The notes under the pieces: model-generated
The model's database searches: none
What the model was told of the DNA's origin: nothing
What the model saw: only the letters and a program-made list of their open reading frames with translations
Translations under genes and position numbers: made by a program
NCBI GenBank assembly: GCA_965246715.1
Contig: CBDFFH010000015.1
Span: forward strand, 375,279 to 439,278
DNA from: Chamaesiphon sp.
Lineage (GTDB): Bacteria; Cyanobacteriota; Cyanobacteriia; Cyanobacteriales; Chamaesiphonaceae
Direction: 5' to 3'
Length of the DNA: 64,000 nucleotides
Shown: piece after piece, positions 8,916 to 20,579 of the stretch
Numbering within the stretch: the first letter of the stretch is position 1
Layout of the letters: every line of letters begins with the position of its first letter

Positions 8916-11840
8916 ATGACGCAATCTTTACCTCGGTTCGCTCAGTCTGCACCAGCGGCTGCCAGTTCGGTTCGGTTTCCTACAGATGTAGAATTTGTGC
9001 CGAGACATATCGGCCCGCAGCCTGCTGATATCGATAAAATGCTGGCAGTATTAGGTGTGAGTAGTCTAGATGAAGCGATCGAGCGCACGGTGCCAGCCGG
9101 AATCAGGCTGACTCAGCCACTCGCGATTGAAGCAGTCCCAAGTGAATATACAGTTTTAAATAAACTCAAAGAAATCGCTGCCAAAAATCAGGTTTTCCGG
9201 TCTTATATCGGCATGGGCTATGCTAATTGCATCACCCCCACCACGATCCAACGGAATATCTTAGAAAATCCCGGTTGGTACACGCAATATACACCGTATC
9301 AACCCGAGATCGCTCAAGGGCGATTGGAAGCATTACTCAATTATCAGACGATGATAATCGATCTGACCGGAATGGCGATCGCCAATGCTTCGCTCCTCGA
9401 TGAAGGTACGGCAGCAGCAGAAGCAATGACGATGAGCTATGGGTTACAGAAGACTAAAATTAATAGTTTCTGGATATCTGAAGCTTGCCATCCCCAAACG
9501 ATCGATGTCATTAAAACACGAGCTTTACCATTAGGCATCGAAGTAATTATCGGCGACCATCAATCGATCGATTTCAGCCAACCATTATTTGGGATGTTGT
9601 TACAATATCCCGCTAGCGATGGAGCGATTTATGATTATCGCAAAACGATCGATCGCGCGCATCAAGCTGGCGTTATCGTCACTGTTGCTGCTGACTTACT
9701 GAGTCTGACCCTCCTCACGCCACCAGGCGAATTTGGTGCCGATATCGTGGTTGGGAATACCCAACGTTTCGGTGTACCACTGGGCTATGGTGGCCCTCAT
9801 GCGGCCTACTTTGCGACCAAAGATGCTTATAAGCGACAAATCCCCGGTCGGTTAGTTGGCGTATCCAAAGACAAACGTGGTAAAACGGCTCTCCGCTTGG
9901 CACTCCAAACCCGCGAACAACACATCCGCCGCGATAAAGCCACGAGTAATATTTGTACCGCTCAAGTCCTGCTGGCAATTATGGCCGGAATGTATGCGGT
10001 TTATCATGGCCCAGAAGGTTTGAAATCGATCGCCACGCGGATTCACAATCTCACTTGTACTCTCGCCACTGGCTTGACTAAATTAGGCTACACCGTCGGG
10101 ACTGCACCCTACTTCGACACATTGCGGGTACAGGTAGATGGCAACGCCGCTGTAATTAGCGAACGTGCGGTAGCTCAAAAAATTAACCTCCGCCACATCG
10201 ATGCTAATTCGATCGGCATCACCCTCGACGAAACCACCTCCCCTGCGGATGTGATGGACTTATGGCGGATTTTTGCAGGTGACAAAGCGACCGATTTCAC
10301 CTACTCCGAAATCGCTGAAACCGGCTCGACCGACTCGATTCAAACCTCAACCCTAGCACGGACATCTGCATACCTCACCCATCCAGTCTTCACTAGCTAC
10401 CATTCCGAAACCGAATTGCTGCGGTATATGACGCGCTTACAATCCAAGGATTTATCCCTCGCTCAAGCAATGATTCCGCTCGGTTCCTGCACGATGAAGC
10501 TCAACGCGACCTCCGAGATGGTACCCGTAACTTGGGCAGAATTCGGTCAAATCCACCCCTTCGCCCCCGTCGAACAGGCACAAGGTTATCAAGTATTATT
10601 TGATGACTTAGAGCGCTGGCTGGCCGAAATTACTGGCTTCGATGCGATTTCCCTTCAGCCGAATGCTGGCTCGCAAGGTGAATACACCGGACTATTAGTA
10701 ATTCGTGAGTATCACCACCAACGCGGCGATGTCGATCGCAATGTCTGCTTGATTCCCCAATCTGCCCACGGTACCAACCCAGCCAGCGCAGTGATGGCCG
10801 GAATGCAAGTAGTCCCGATCGCCTGTGACAATGATGGCAACATCGATGTCGCCGATCTCCGCGCTAAAGCCACCCAACATCAGGCTAAATTAGCCGCCTT
10901 AATGGTGACGTATCCCTCCACCCACGGCGTATTTGAAGAAGCGATTGTCGAAATTTGTACGATCGTCCACGAGCATGGCGGCCAAGTCTACATGGACGGG
11001 GCCAATCTCAACGCCCAAGTCGGCTTGTGTCGCCCCGGCGACTTCGGTGCCGATGTCTGTCACCTCAACCTCCACAAAACTTTCTGCATCCCCCACGGCG
11101 GTGGTGGCCCTGGCATGGGGCCGATCGGTGTTATGGCACATTTAGCCCCCTATCTGCCCACCCACAAAGTCATCCCTATGGGTGGAGAAAAAGGCATCGG
11201 CGCAGTCTCCGCCGCACCTTGGAGTAGCGCCAGCATTTTACCGATTTCCTGGGTCTACATTGCCCTCATGGGTGGATCGGGATTGAAATTAGCGACCGAA
11301 GTTGCCATTCTTAGCGCCAACTACATCGCCAAACGCTTAGAGAACCACTACCCCGTCCTCTATAAAGGCAAAAATGGCTTTGTCGCGCACGAGTGTATTC
11401 TCGACCTGCGCGAGTTTAAAAAGACCGCCGACATCGAAGTCGATGATATCGCCAAACGTCTAATTGACTTTGGTTTCCATCCCCCCACCGTATCTTGGCC
11501 AGTCGCCGGAACGGTGATGGTCGAACCGACCGAAAGCGAATCATTAGCGGAACTCGATCGGTTTTGCGATGCGATGATCGCCATCCGCGAAGAAATCCAC
11601 GAAATCGAAATCGGCAATGTGGATAAACAAAATAACGCCCTGAAAAATGCCCCACACACGATCGCGGATCTGGTCGATGCGAGTTGGGATCGTCCTTACA
11701 GTCGCGAGCAGGCAGTGTTCCCTGTAGCTGGGTTGCAGGAATATAAGTTCTGGCCAGCAGTAGGTCGGATCGATCAAGCTTATGGGGACAGAAATCTGGT
11801 TTGTTCTTGTTTGCCGATGGATGCCTATAGTCAGGAATAG
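8916..11840 (+). CDS. gcvP: Glycine dehydrogenase (P protein)
   Basis: [32 protein letters not shown]. Confidence 0.98.
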   Translation: MTQSLPRFAQSAPAAASSVRFPTDVEFVPRHIGPQPADIDKMLAVLGVSSLDEAIERTVPAGIRLTQPLAIEAVPSEYTVLNKLKEIAAKNQVFRSYIGMGYANCITPTTIQRNILENPGWYTQYTPYQPEIAQGRLEALLNYQTMIIDLTGMAIANASLLDEGTAAAEAMTMSYGLQKTKINSFWISEACHPQTIDVIKTRALPLGIEVIIGDHQSIDFSQPLFGMLLQYPASDGAIYDYRKTIDRAHQAGVIVTVAADLLSLTLLTPPGEFGADIVVGNTQRFGVPLGYGGPHAAYFATKDAYKRQIPGRLVGVSKDKRGKTALRLALQTREQHIRRDKATSNICTAQVLLAIMAGMYAVYHGPEGLKSIATRIHNLTCTLATGLTKLGYTVGTAPYFDTLRVQVDGNAAVISERAVAQKINLRHIDANSIGITLDETTSPADVMDLWRIFAGDKATDFTYSEIAETGSTDSIQTSTLARTSAYLTHPVFTSYHSETELLRYMTRLQSKDLSLAQAMIPLGSCTMKLNATSEMVPVTWAEFGQIHPFAPVEQAQGYQVLFDDLERWLAEITGFDAISLQPNAGSQGEYTGLLVIREYHHQRGDVDRNVCLIPQSAHGTNPASAVMAGMQVVPIACDNDGNIDVADLRAKATQHQAKLAALMVTYPSTHGVFEEAIVEICTIVHEHGGQVYMDGANLNAQVGLCRPGDFGADVCHLNLHKTFCIPHGGGGPGMGPIGVMAHLAPYLPTHKVIPMGGEKGIGAVSAAPWSSASILPISWVYIALMGGSGLKLATEVAILSANYIAKRLENHYPVLYKGKNGFVAHECILDLREFKKTADIEVDDIAKRLIDFGFHPPTVSWPVAGTVMVEPTESESLAELDRFCDAMIAIREEIHEIEIGNVDKQNNALKNAPHTIADLVDASWDRPYSREQAVFPVAGLQEYKFWPAVGRIDQAYGDRNLVCSCLPMDAYSQE

Positions 11841-11853
11841 TATTAGAGTTAGA

Positions 11854-11881
11854 GTAGGGGTAATTGATGAATTACCCCTAC
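11854..11881. repeat. GTAG-type REP palindrome
   Basis: GTAGGGGTAATT-GATG-AATTACCCCTAC just after the gcvP stop. Confidence 0.7.
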
Positions 11882-11932
11882 AAGTAAATTATTAGTGATG
11901 TTCTGGCTAAGACGCTTCGAGGTCGATCGATC

Positions 11933-12082
11933 GTGCATACCGATCCAGATATTATGTCAGGTGCGCCAGTATTTATCGGTACTCGTGTGCCGCTCCAAAC
12001 TCTATTTGACTACCTAGAAGATGAAAATGGTTTAAGTGAATTTTTAGAAGATTTTCCTCATCTAAAAGTTCCTGTAATCTAA
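11933..12082 (+). pseudogene. Truncated DUF433 antitoxin-like gene
   Basis: Translates as VHTDPDIMSGAPVFIGTRVPLQTLFDYLE...FLEDFPHL then TAA; absent from the ORF track. Confidence 0.7.
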
Positions 12083-12185
12083 GTATTGGAATCGAGCGTT
12101 TTTGATAAAACCTTCCGTATCGATTTACTCATTAGAGAAACCCAATATTCACAATAGGATCGAGTGCCATCAGGATAGTAATGAT

Positions 12186-12509
12186 ATGATTACCAAAGAG
12201 TTAAAACAACAAATTTTATCCTTATCATCAGACGAACAATATGAGATAGTCCGGTTGATTCAGGCACAAACTAACTCATGGGCTGGGATTACTAAAACAC
12301 CTGGAGTTGTTGGTGGCGATGCTTGTATTAGAAATATGCGGATTCCAGTTTGGAGCCTAGTTGAATATCGCCAAATGGGGGCTAACGATGACAAAATCCT
12401 TGAAGCCTATCCTCAATTGACAGCAGCAGATTTAGCTAATGCGTGGGCTTATGCTGAGACTTTTCCTGCTGAAATTGCTCAAGCAATTGCTGTGAATCAG
12501 GAAGCATAG
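12186..12509 (+). CDS. DUF433 family antitoxin
   Basis: KTPGVVGGDACIRNMRIPVW...ILEAYPQLT; ATG at 12186 preferred. Confidence 0.88.
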   Translation: MITKELKQQILSLSSDEQYEIVRLIQAQTNSWAGITKTPGVVGGDACIRNMRIPVWSLVEYRQMGANDDKILEAYPQLTAADLANAWAYAETFPAEIAQAIAVNQEA

Positions 12510-12851
12510 ATGATTAAGTTATATGCTGACGAAAATTTTGAACTTCCAGTAGTTAAGCGGCTCAGAGAAAAAGGCTATGATGTACTAACGACGAGAGAAG
12601 CGGAAAAGGATAATCAAAGAATTCCCGATGAGGACGTGTTGAACTTCGCCATCAGTCAAAATCGAGCAGTAATAACACTAAATTATAATCACTTTAAAAA
12701 TCTCCACAAGCAGGTGAAAACACATAGAGGAATTATAATTTGCAGTAGAAATGATGATTGGGATATTTTTGCCGATTGCATCGATATAGCACTACGAAAT
12801 GAAGAATCGATCGAGGGTACATTAATTTGGATAAATCGTCCTGTCAAATAG
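12510..12851 (+). CDS. DUF5615 family PIN-like toxin
   Basis: LYADENF, IPDEDVL, AVITLN, HRGII; abuts the DUF433 stop codon. Confidence 0.88.
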   Translation: MIKLYADENFELPVVKRLREKGYDVLTTREAEKDNQRIPDEDVLNFAISQNRAVITLNYNHFKNLHKQVKTHRGIIICSRNDDWDIFADCIDIALRNEESIEGTLIWINRPVK

Positions 12852-13016
12852 CCTTTCGATCGACTATTCGCAAACGCTGTCAATTTGTTAGTGGCGATCG
12901 AAAACAAATCGACTCATGAAACGATCGATTTACTCAGTATCGAAACCCAACATTCACAAATTGTTGGTTAAGATATTTGGTTCTCACATGCACTTAATCT
13001 AACTTACTAACCTCAG

Positions 13017-13247
13017 CTATCTTGATACATACCATTCTTTATAATCAGCAATCGTTTCCGGCTTGAGTTTATCATTTTCAATACAAATACGAATTGTTAT
13101 TTGATGGTAACTACCGTTATGAATAAATGCTGGCAGTCCGATTCCTTTAATTAAGTTATCGTTCTCGTCTAATCTGTAAATATTTAACATTTTTTGTGAT
13201 TTTAAAGTGAAATTAAGCTGGAAGAGTTTTCTGAATTTCTGCACCAA
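13017..13247 (-). pseudogene. AT-rich gene fragment of unknown function
   Basis: Short low-GC ORF (PAFIHNGSY) next to the TA locus. Confidence 0.35.
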
Positions 13248-13285
13248 CCGTTGGATCTAGATTAACCAGCCAAATTTCACCACGT

Positions 13286-13597
13286 TTAGAGCGCATAGGT
13301 TTCGGCGATATCGAGGTTAATCCATTCTTCCCATTCTGCTTTATTTTCTTCGTAATAAGGTAGAGCAGCTTCAGCTTGCTGTGCTAAGATGCGGCGGCGC
13401 TCCTCGATCGATAGTTTGACAAAAGCTCGTCTATCTATGGACTGTGGATTAGATTCTGGAGCATCGGGGATAATCAAGATTACCTCGATCGTTTGTCCGT
13501 TGGCGTAGCCTCCGCTTTGCGGAATCGGAAGATTTGGCAGATCGATCTCTAAGCGATTACCTGTCTGAATGGTGGTGATGTAGCGGGTTTGTTTCAT
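13286..13597 (-). CDS. Hypothetical protein (antitoxin-like) with an in-frame 24-bp insertion
   Basis: GQTIEVILI and KLSIEERRRILAQQAE pattern; PQSGGYAN segment comes from a repeat. Confidence 0.7.
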   Translation of the reverse strand: MKQTRYITTIQTGNRLEIDLPNLPIPQSGGYANGQTIEVILIIPDAPESNPQSIDRRAFVKLSIEERRRILAQQAEAALPYYEENKAEWEEWINLDIAETYAL

Positions 13598-13758
13598 TGA
13601 TATATATACATACTCACTTGACTATATTTTACTCCTAATAAATTAACGTTATTAACTCGATCGCGTAGAAAAATCCAGCGCGATCGATCCCCTCAACAAA
13701 TAGATCGCTTATTGCTAAATAACTGTTATCCTAGTAGACTGCTCTCTGTTGAAATACC

Positions 13759-15315
13759 ATGTTTTCCGACAATTCACCTGCTGACGGTTCTAGCGAACTT
13801 CCGACCCCCAGCCATTCGTTCAGACAAGGGGACGTAGTAGAACTTGAAATTACCGATGTGAGCGACAGTGGTGAAGGTGTCGGACGCGTTGACGATCGCG
13901 TAGTATTCGTGCCAGATACCGTTACAGGCGATCGAATTGCTGCCAGATTGGTTACTGTCAAGCGTCAATACGCCCACGGCAAATTATTGGAAGTTCTTAC
14001 TGCTTCACCCCATCGGGTGCGGCCGAGTTGTATCGTCGCCGACAAGTGTGGCGGCTGTCAATTACAACACATCGACTACGACTATCAGCTTACTGCCAAA
14101 GAAAATCAAGTAGTTCAAGCGCTCAAACGCATCGGTGGCTTTACCGAACCGCCTGTCGCCCCGATTGTTGGCGCGCAGGGTAATTTTACCTACCGCAATA
14201 AAGTTACTTATCCCTTGGGTTATACCGAAGTTGGGGCGATTAAGGCTGGTTACTACCGTAAAGGTACCCATCAAATCGTCAATATCAACCAGTGTCCCGT
14301 GCAGGATGACAGATTGAATCCCTTGCTCGCCGAAATCAAACTCGACTTGCAAGATCGTGGCTGGAAAATGTACGAGCCAGAGCAGAAGGGTGCTAGAGAG
14401 CCGGGAGCGCGCCGTACGGCATTTAAAGTTATCGACCATAATGGCGATCCGGGCGTGGCACCAAATGGGATTCCCAAACCCAAGCTGCGCCCGCGCAAAG
14501 AAATTATCACGGTAGAACTAGAACCAGACACCAGTCCCAAATTTCGCCACATGTTACTGCGAATCGGGCGACGCACGGGGGAAATCCTACTTACCTTTGT
14601 CGTGACTGGTTTCGACATCCCCAACTTCGAGGGGCAAGCACAACGCTGGATGAAACGCTATCCCAATCTGGTGGGAGTCTGTCTAAATCTAAACGATCGT
14701 GATAATAATACGATCTTTGGCTCGGAAACTCGGTGTATCGCTGGACGCGAATATATCTGTGAGACTTTTGGCAATTTACAATTTCAACTTAAAGCCGACA
14801 CCTTCTTCCAGATCTATACCGAACAAGCCGAAAACGTCCTCGATCTGATTATCGATCGCGCTGGTTTGACAGGCAATGAAACGCTGCTCGATGCTTATTG
14901 TGGGATCGGCACCTTTACATTACCGCTCTCGAAACGAGTTAAAAAAGCTGTGGGGATTGAGGTTCACGCGGCATCTGTCGTCCAGGCGCGAGCGAATGCA
15001 CGGCTCAACGGCATCAATAATATTGAGTTTCGGACTGGTGAAGTTGAAGAATTGTTGCCAGAACTGGAAATGGCGATCGATGTCGTATTATTAGACCCAC
15101 CACGCACGGGTTGCGATCGAGCTGTACTCGATGCCCTCACTGCACTACAACCCGCCCAAATCATCTATATCAGTTGCAAACCCGCTACTCTTGCCAGAGA
15201 CTTGCAAATCCTGTGCGAACAAGGTAACTATCGGCTCGACCATGTGCGACCTGCCGATTTCTTCCCCCAAACCGCTCACGTCGAATGTGTGGCTTTTTTG
15301 GTCAAAGGTGAGTAA
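13759..15315 (+). CDS. rlmD: 23S rRNA (uracil-1939-C5)-methyltransferase
   Basis: TRAM domain, CGGC Fe-S motif, DAYCGIGTF, DPPRTG, YISCKPATLARD, DFFPQTAHVE. Confidence 0.95.
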   Translation: MFSDNSPADGSSELPTPSHSFRQGDVVELEITDVSDSGEGVGRVDDRVVFVPDTVTGDRIAARLVTVKRQYAHGKLLEVLTASPHRVRPSCIVADKCGGCQLQHIDYDYQLTAKENQVVQALKRIGGFTEPPVAPIVGAQGNFTYRNKVTYPLGYTEVGAIKAGYYRKGTHQIVNINQCPVQDDRLNPLLAEIKLDLQDRGWKMYEPEQKGAREPGARRTAFKVIDHNGDPGVAPNGIPKPKLRPRKEIITVELEPDTSPKFRHMLLRIGRRTGEILLTFVVTGFDIPNFEGQAQRWMKRYPNLVGVCLNLNDRDNNTIFGSETRCIAGREYICETFGNLQFQLKADTFFQIYTEQAENVLDLIIDRAGLTGNETLLDAYCGIGTFTLPLSKRVKKAVGIEVHAASVVQARANARLNGINNIEFRTGEVEELLPELEMAIDVVLLDPPRTGCDRAVLDALTALQPAQIIYISCKPATLARDLQILCEQGNYRLDHVRPADFFPQTAHVECVAFLVKGE

Positions 15316-15587
15316 CACGACAATTTATTAGTAATTTTGTATGTCTATCGATCGATAGAGATATAAAAATAATCAATCTGTCGATTTGTAGAAATTCCGC
15401 AATTTAAACACTAGACTCATGGGTCTTTTTTTGTTACAATGGTAACTGTGAGTCTTGATATTTGTCGTAAAGAGAAATCGCGGTAGCGGTTTGTACTTCT
15501 AAGCAAGATATCGATGAGTCACACTGCTTTACAGCAGTTTGCGATTGTAATCCGGCAAAAATGCCTTACGGGGATTAAAAGATTGCT

Positions 15588-16028
15588 ATGCTACTAAATC
15601 CAGTGAAGTCCGAGTGGGATAAAGTCAGTTTTGCCTCGACTTTGTTTTTATGTCCGATCCTCGATAACCTATTGTCAGTAGTTCCCAGCAAATGGCACGC
15701 AGAAATTAGACTAGGACTCCAAGAAGCGTTAGTAAACGCAGCCAAACACGGAAATAACCTCGATCCACACAAGCAGGTTATTGTCCGTTTTTGTTTTGAA
15801 GAGGGTGCATATTGGTGGATCATCTCGGATGAAGGCAGTGGGTTTCGACGACCGGAGACAGATCGACAAGAATTAGCTGCATTGCCACCTGTCGAAGCAG
15901 AATCGGGGCGGGGGATGTCGATCTTACATCAAATTTTCGATCGGGTGGTCTGGAATCGCCAAGGTACTGAAATTTGCCTCTGCAAGCAATTGTCTTCTCA
16001 ACGCGATCGCGAACCACTTTTATCTTAG
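15588..16028 (+). CDS. pmgA: RsbW-like anti-sigma / Ser kinase, PmgA homolog
   Basis: SFASTLFLCPILD, LGLQEALVNAAKHGN, SGRG HATPase boxes. Confidence 0.85.
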   Translation: MLLNPVKSEWDKVSFASTLFLCPILDNLLSVVPSKWHAEIRLGLQEALVNAAKHGNNLDPHKQVIVRFCFEEGAYWWIISDEGSGFRRPETDRQELAALPPVEAESGRGMSILHQIFDRVVWNRQGTEICLCKQLSSQRDREPLLS

Positions 16029-16093
16029 CGGATACCCAACGAGCTAGGGTACGCATCATGGGCATCCTTATGTCTGTCGCGGACGATCTACCA

Positions 16094-16813
16094 TCAAAGA
16101 ATTTGAGCTGCAATTAAATCTTCTAAAGATTGAGTGAGATCTTGATGAAGTTTTTTCGCTCCAGTTTTGCTGGAAAATTGTTGATAGCTATTTACTTGTA
16201 AAGGTTTGCCAAGTTCGATCGACACGCGATCGCGAAATTTGACATAGGGATGCTCGTAATTAAGATTAATCGGGATAATCTTCAGATCCAAATCTGGCTT
16301 CAGCGATACTGCTTGCATCGCAATGCGCGCTAAACCTTCTTTGAGCGGGTGTAAGCTACCATCGCGAAATAGATTACCTTCTGGGAAAATCGTGAGCATT
16401 TCGCCTTGATGCAGCAGTTCGATACTATGCCGGATACTAGAGATTCCGGGCTTGTCGGGATCGATCGCAAACCCACCCAATCGCCGCACGAACCAGCCTT
16501 GAATGCCATTCATTTCGTCCGCGCTGACCATAAATCTCGAATTTCGACCTGTTACATAAGGCCCCACTGCATACGAGGTAATAAATGTATCCCATCTAGT
16601 TTTGTGCGTAGGTGCGATAATTACCGCACCTGAATAGGGGATATATTCTGCGCCAATTATTTCAATCTCGCGGAACATCGTGGGGAGAACGACAAATTGT
16701 CCCAGCGGATGAACGATCTTCGTCAACCACGGAGAGACCCGCGATTCGACAAGATGAGCAGCTTGGAGCGCAGAATTGTCAGACTTAGGATTGGTGAGTT
16801 CGGAGCCAGCCAT
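16094..16813 (-). CDS. plsC: 1-acyl-sn-glycerol-3-phosphate acyltransferase
   Basis: HX4D motif (HKTRWD) and FPEG. Confidence 0.88.
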   Translation of the reverse strand: MAGSELTNPKSDNSALQAAHLVESRVSPWLTKIVHPLGQFVVLPTMFREIEIIGAEYIPYSGAVIIAPTHKTRWDTFITSYAVGPYVTGRNSRFMVSADEMNGIQGWFVRRLGGFAIDPDKPGISSIRHSIELLHQGEMLTIFPEGNLFRDGSLHPLKEGLARIAMQAVSLKPDLDLKIIPINLNYEHPYVKFRDRVSIELGKPLQVNSYQQFSSKTGAKKLHQDLTQSLEDLIAAQIL

Positions 16814-17052
16814 AGCGGTTGAAATATGCGATCGACTTGAATATCCCTACTGTACCCAACAAGGCGATCGTTACCGCAAATCTACATGACAGTTTTTAAA
16901 GTGCCACAAATTACAACTTAATTTGTCGAGTGGATTCAAATAACCCGTAGAATAGATAGACGCTTGCAGCAGTGGGCGAAGTCTCTTTAACTTAGAGAGG
17001 ATCGCGCGAAGACGTGGAGCGGTTGCTGGGAACATCGAGATTAAGAGAAATT

Positions 17053-18738
17053 ATGTCAGATAACAAACGCAGTCAAGCTATTACTCAGGGCGTGCAACGC
17101 TCCCCCAACCGGGCGATGCTCCGCGCCGTTGGCTTTGGCGATGATGATTTTACCAAACCGATCGTCGGCTTGGCGAATGGTTATAGCACGATCACGCCCT
17201 GTAATATGGGCATAAATAGCCTTGCCATCCGCGCCGAAGCTGCCTTGAGATCTGCGGGCGCAATGCCGCAGATGTTTGGGACGATTACGATCAGTGATGG
17301 GATTTCGATGGGTACCGAGGGGATGAAATACTCCTTAGTATCGCGCGAGGTCATTGCTGACTCGATCGAAACTGCCTGCAACGGCCAGAGTATGGATGCC
17401 GTTCTGGCGATCGGTGGATGTGATAAAAATATGCCAGGGGCGATGATTGCGATCGCGCGGATGAATATTCCCTCGATCTTTGTTTATGGTGGAACGATCA
17501 AACCCGGACATCACAATGGCAAAGATCTAACTGTCGTCAGTTCCTTTGAAGCCGTCGGTCAATTTAGCGCCGGCAAAATTGACGAAGCCGAACTCCTGGC
17601 TGTCGAACAAAAAGCTTGCCCTGGGGCTGGTTCCTGCGGTGGGATGTTTACAGCTAATACCATGTCCTCGGCGATCGAAGCAATGGGGTTGAGCCTGCCC
17701 TACTCCTCTACGATGGCCGCCGAAGACGAAGAAAAAGCCATCAGTGCCGAAAAATCCGCCCACGTCCTAGTTAACGCCATTCGCAATCAGATCTTACCCC
17801 AGCAAATTCTGACCCGTAAAGCCTTTGAAAACGCGATTGCCGTAATTATGGCAGTCGGTGGTTCTACCAATGCCGTCCTGCACCTGCTAGCTATCTCCAG
17901 AACGATCGGCGTTCCACTGTCGATCGATGATTTTGAAACAATCCGTGGCAAAGTCCCTGTGATCTGCGACCTCAAACCCTCCGGTAAATATGTCGCCACC
18001 GACCTTCACACCGCTGGCGGCATCCCCCAAGTCATGAAGATCCTCCTCGAGCATGGCTTACTCCACGGCGACGCACTTACTATCAGCGGTCAAACCATCG
18101 CCGAAGTCCTAGCCGATATTCCCAGCACCCCACGCGCCGACCAGGATATCATCCGCCAGTGGGAAAATCCCATGTACGCCCAGGGACACCTCGCCATCCT
18201 CAAAGGCAACCTTGCCACCGAAGGCGCAGTCGCCAAAATTACCGGAGTCAAAAAACCTATAATTACAGGCCCAGCACGCGTCTTTGAATCTGAAGAAGCT
18301 TGTCTTGCTGCCATCCTCGCTGGCAAAATCCACGCTAGCGATATCATCGTCATTCGCTACGAAGGCCCCAAAGGTGGCCCTGGAATGCGCGAAATGCTCG
18401 CCCCCACCTCTGCCATCATCGGGGCTGGATTAGGCGATACCGTCGGCCTCATCACCGACGGCCGCTTTTCTGGCGGTACGTACGGGATGGTCGTTGGCCA
18501 CGTAGCACCCGAAGCCTATGTCGGCGGCACGATTGCCCTCGTCATTGAAGGCGACAGTATCACGATCGATGCACCACAGCGTTTGTTACAGTTAAATGTC
18601 CCAGATGCTGAATTAGCCAAACGTCGAGCCAACTGGCAAGCCCCCGCACCCCGTTATACTACTGGAATCCTGGGTAAATACGCCAAGTTAGTATCTTCTA
18701 GCAGTTTGGGCGCTGTTACAGATATGGATCTGTTTTAA
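17053..18738 (+). CDS. ilvD: Dihydroxy-acid dehydratase
   Basis: [35 protein letters not shown] at 17053 preferred. Confidence 0.98.
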   Translation: MSDNKRSQAITQGVQRSPNRAMLRAVGFGDDDFTKPIVGLANGYSTITPCNMGINSLAIRAEAALRSAGAMPQMFGTITISDGISMGTEGMKYSLVSREVIADSIETACNGQSMDAVLAIGGCDKNMPGAMIAIARMNIPSIFVYGGTIKPGHHNGKDLTVVSSFEAVGQFSAGKIDEAELLAVEQKACPGAGSCGGMFTANTMSSAIEAMGLSLPYSSTMAAEDEEKAISAEKSAHVLVNAIRNQILPQQILTRKAFENAIAVIMAVGGSTNAVLHLLAISRTIGVPLSIDDFETIRGKVPVICDLKPSGKYVATDLHTAGGIPQVMKILLEHGLLHGDALTISGQTIAEVLADIPSTPRADQDIIRQWENPMYAQGHLAILKGNLATEGAVAKITGVKKPIITGPARVFESEEACLAAILAGKIHASDIIVIRYEGPKGGPGMREMLAPTSAIIGAGLGDTVGLITDGRFSGGTYGMVVGHVAPEAYVGGTIALVIEGDSITIDAPQRLLQLNVPDAELAKRRANWQAPAPRYTTGILGKYAKLVSSSSLGAVTDMDLF

Positions 18739-18803
18739 GGTGAGCCTCGAGCTGCAACACCCGATCGACTCAAGTAATATAGCCGACTGACGTTAATTAC
18801 CTA

Positions 18804-19517
18804 ATGCTCCTAATCACTAGTACCGACACAGACGCAGGAAAAACCGTTCTTACCGCAGCACTAGCAGCCTATGGACGCAAATATCATCCCCAGCAAAACT
18901 GGGGCATCCTCAAACCAATCCAATGTGGTACTGGAGATCGGGAATATTTAGGCCAACTCTTCGATCGCTCCCCCACAGACATCAACCCGATTTATCTACA
19001 AGCCCCCTTAGCACCCCCCATCGCTGCCGACCAAGCCGGAGTACATATCGATCTGGGCATCGCTTGGCGGACATTACAACAAATGCGATCGCAATGTGAC
19101 ATGGTATTAGTTGAAGGAATTGGCGGCTTAGGTACTCCAATTACCGACGAACTAGTAGTTGCCGATTTAGCCAGGGATTGGCGATTGTCGGCAATATTAG
19201 TCGTACCAGTCAAACTCGGATCGATCGGTGCCGCAGTGGCTAATGTCGCTCTCGCAAAACAATATAATGTAAACCTACGCGGCATTGTCCTCAACTGTTC
19301 TAGCGATCTTGCCCCAGCCGAAATTGCTAACCTCGCCCCAGCCGAGCTGATTCAATCCTTGACTAGTACTCCCGTCTTGGGCTGTATTCCTTATCTTACC
19401 GATTTGCAAGATCTCGATCGATTAGCTGCTGCTGCCGCCGACTTAGAATTAGAGATTTTATTACCGCAACTGCCTTTGGGCTTGACGGTTGAAACAGCCA
19501 CAAGACAGGCGAGTTAA
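18804..19517 (+). CDS. bioD: Dethiobiotin synthetase
   Basis: TDTDAGKT P-loop, KPIQCG, VEGIGGL. Confidence 0.95.
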   Translation: MLLITSTDTDAGKTVLTAALAAYGRKYHPQQNWGILKPIQCGTGDREYLGQLFDRSPTDINPIYLQAPLAPPIAADQAGVHIDLGIAWRTLQQMRSQCDMVLVEGIGGLGTPITDELVVADLARDWRLSAILVVPVKLGSIGAAVANVALAKQYNVNLRGIVLNCSSDLAPAEIANLAPAELIQSLTSTPVLGCIPYLTDLQDLDRLAAAAADLELEILLPQLPLGLTVETATRQAS

Positions 19518-19649
19518 GCAAAGAGTTTTAGTCCGCATAGACGGACTTATGCGATCTAGGTACTGTTTCAACGACCAGCCATACTAAATCCTGTTAAAAT
19601 AGGGTACAGAGTAAAAACTCAAGACATCATCGCCCGTACCGATCGATCC

Positions 19650-20222
19650 ATGCCGACATCCATCCTTGTAGAAAAGAAAAAATTAGCCAAACCGCCCCTA
19701 GATATCCATTATCTCGGCGATCGAGTCTTGCGCCAACCCGCCAAACGGATCGCTAGCGTGGATGACGAAATCCGCCGGACGATCGTAGCGATGCTCCAAA
19801 CTATGTATAGCGCGGATGGTATCGGTCTAGCAGCACCGCAAGTCGGCATTCACAAGCAACTAATCGTGATCGATTGCGAACCAGATGTGCCCGAAACCGC
19901 CCCCCTAGTTTTGATTAATCCTGCCATCAAAAAGTACGGCAAAACCCGCTGTAAAGACCAAGAAGGTTGCTTGAGTATTCCTGGGGTCTATTTAGATGTC
20001 GAACGCCCAGAGACGATCGAGGTGGCATATAAAGACGAATCCGGTCGTCCCCGCACCCTTAAAGCCGACGGCTTACTAGCACGCGCCATCCAACACGAGA
20101 TGGATCACCTGAGCGGTGTATTATTTGTCGATCGAGTTGAAAACGAACTCGCCCTGATGGAGGAACTCAAGAAAAAAGGTTTCTCTCTCCAACACGTCCA
20201 AAATATCAAACCAGGAGCATAG
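19650..20222 (+). CDS. def: Peptide deformylase
   Basis: GIGLAAPQ, EGCLS, QHEMDH. Confidence 0.98.
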   Translation: MPTSILVEKKKLAKPPLDIHYLGDRVLRQPAKRIASVDDEIRRTIVAMLQTMYSADGIGLAAPQVGIHKQLIVIDCEPDVPETAPLVLINPAIKKYGKTRCKDQEGCLSIPGVYLDVERPETIEVAYKDESGRPRTLKADGLLARAIQHEMDHLSGVLFVDRVENELALMEELKKKGFSLQHVQNIKPGA

Positions 20223-20228
20223 CAACTC

Positions 20229-20417
20229 ATGTATACCCCCATCACAGGCGTTTGCTTGCTCGGTGCCTCAATTTCAGCGATCGCCGCTGTTGGCTCGGTA
20301 TTTGAAATCGCATCGGGTAATCCAGAGTGGGGGATGCTCACTACTGGCTGCATTTTAGCCGCATCGATTCCGCTGACAGTCGTTCTATTTATAACTGCTG
20401 TTAAAAATTCGGCATAG
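20229..20417 (+). CDS. Small two-TM membrane protein
   Basis: 62 aa, two hydrophobic helices, 6 bp after def. Confidence 0.75.
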   Translation: MYTPITGVCLLGASISAIAAVGSVFEIASGNPEWGMLTTGCILAASIPLTVVLFITAVKNSA

Positions 20418-20579
20418 GATGTAAGCTAGCGATCGCAACCCGCTGATGTTGGTTGAGACGATCGGATGATAATTCTAATTACAACCAACTAAAAATCTGA
20501 TTTGGCATTAAGACTAAATCTATTCCTGTTAGAACTCGTCAATTGACACTTTCCGATAAAGATATTAACGAAATTAGTC

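Noticed and set aside
14377..14541. Intein in RlmD
   Set aside because: Too short and lacks the N-terminal Cys/Ser and C-terminal His-Asn splice motifs
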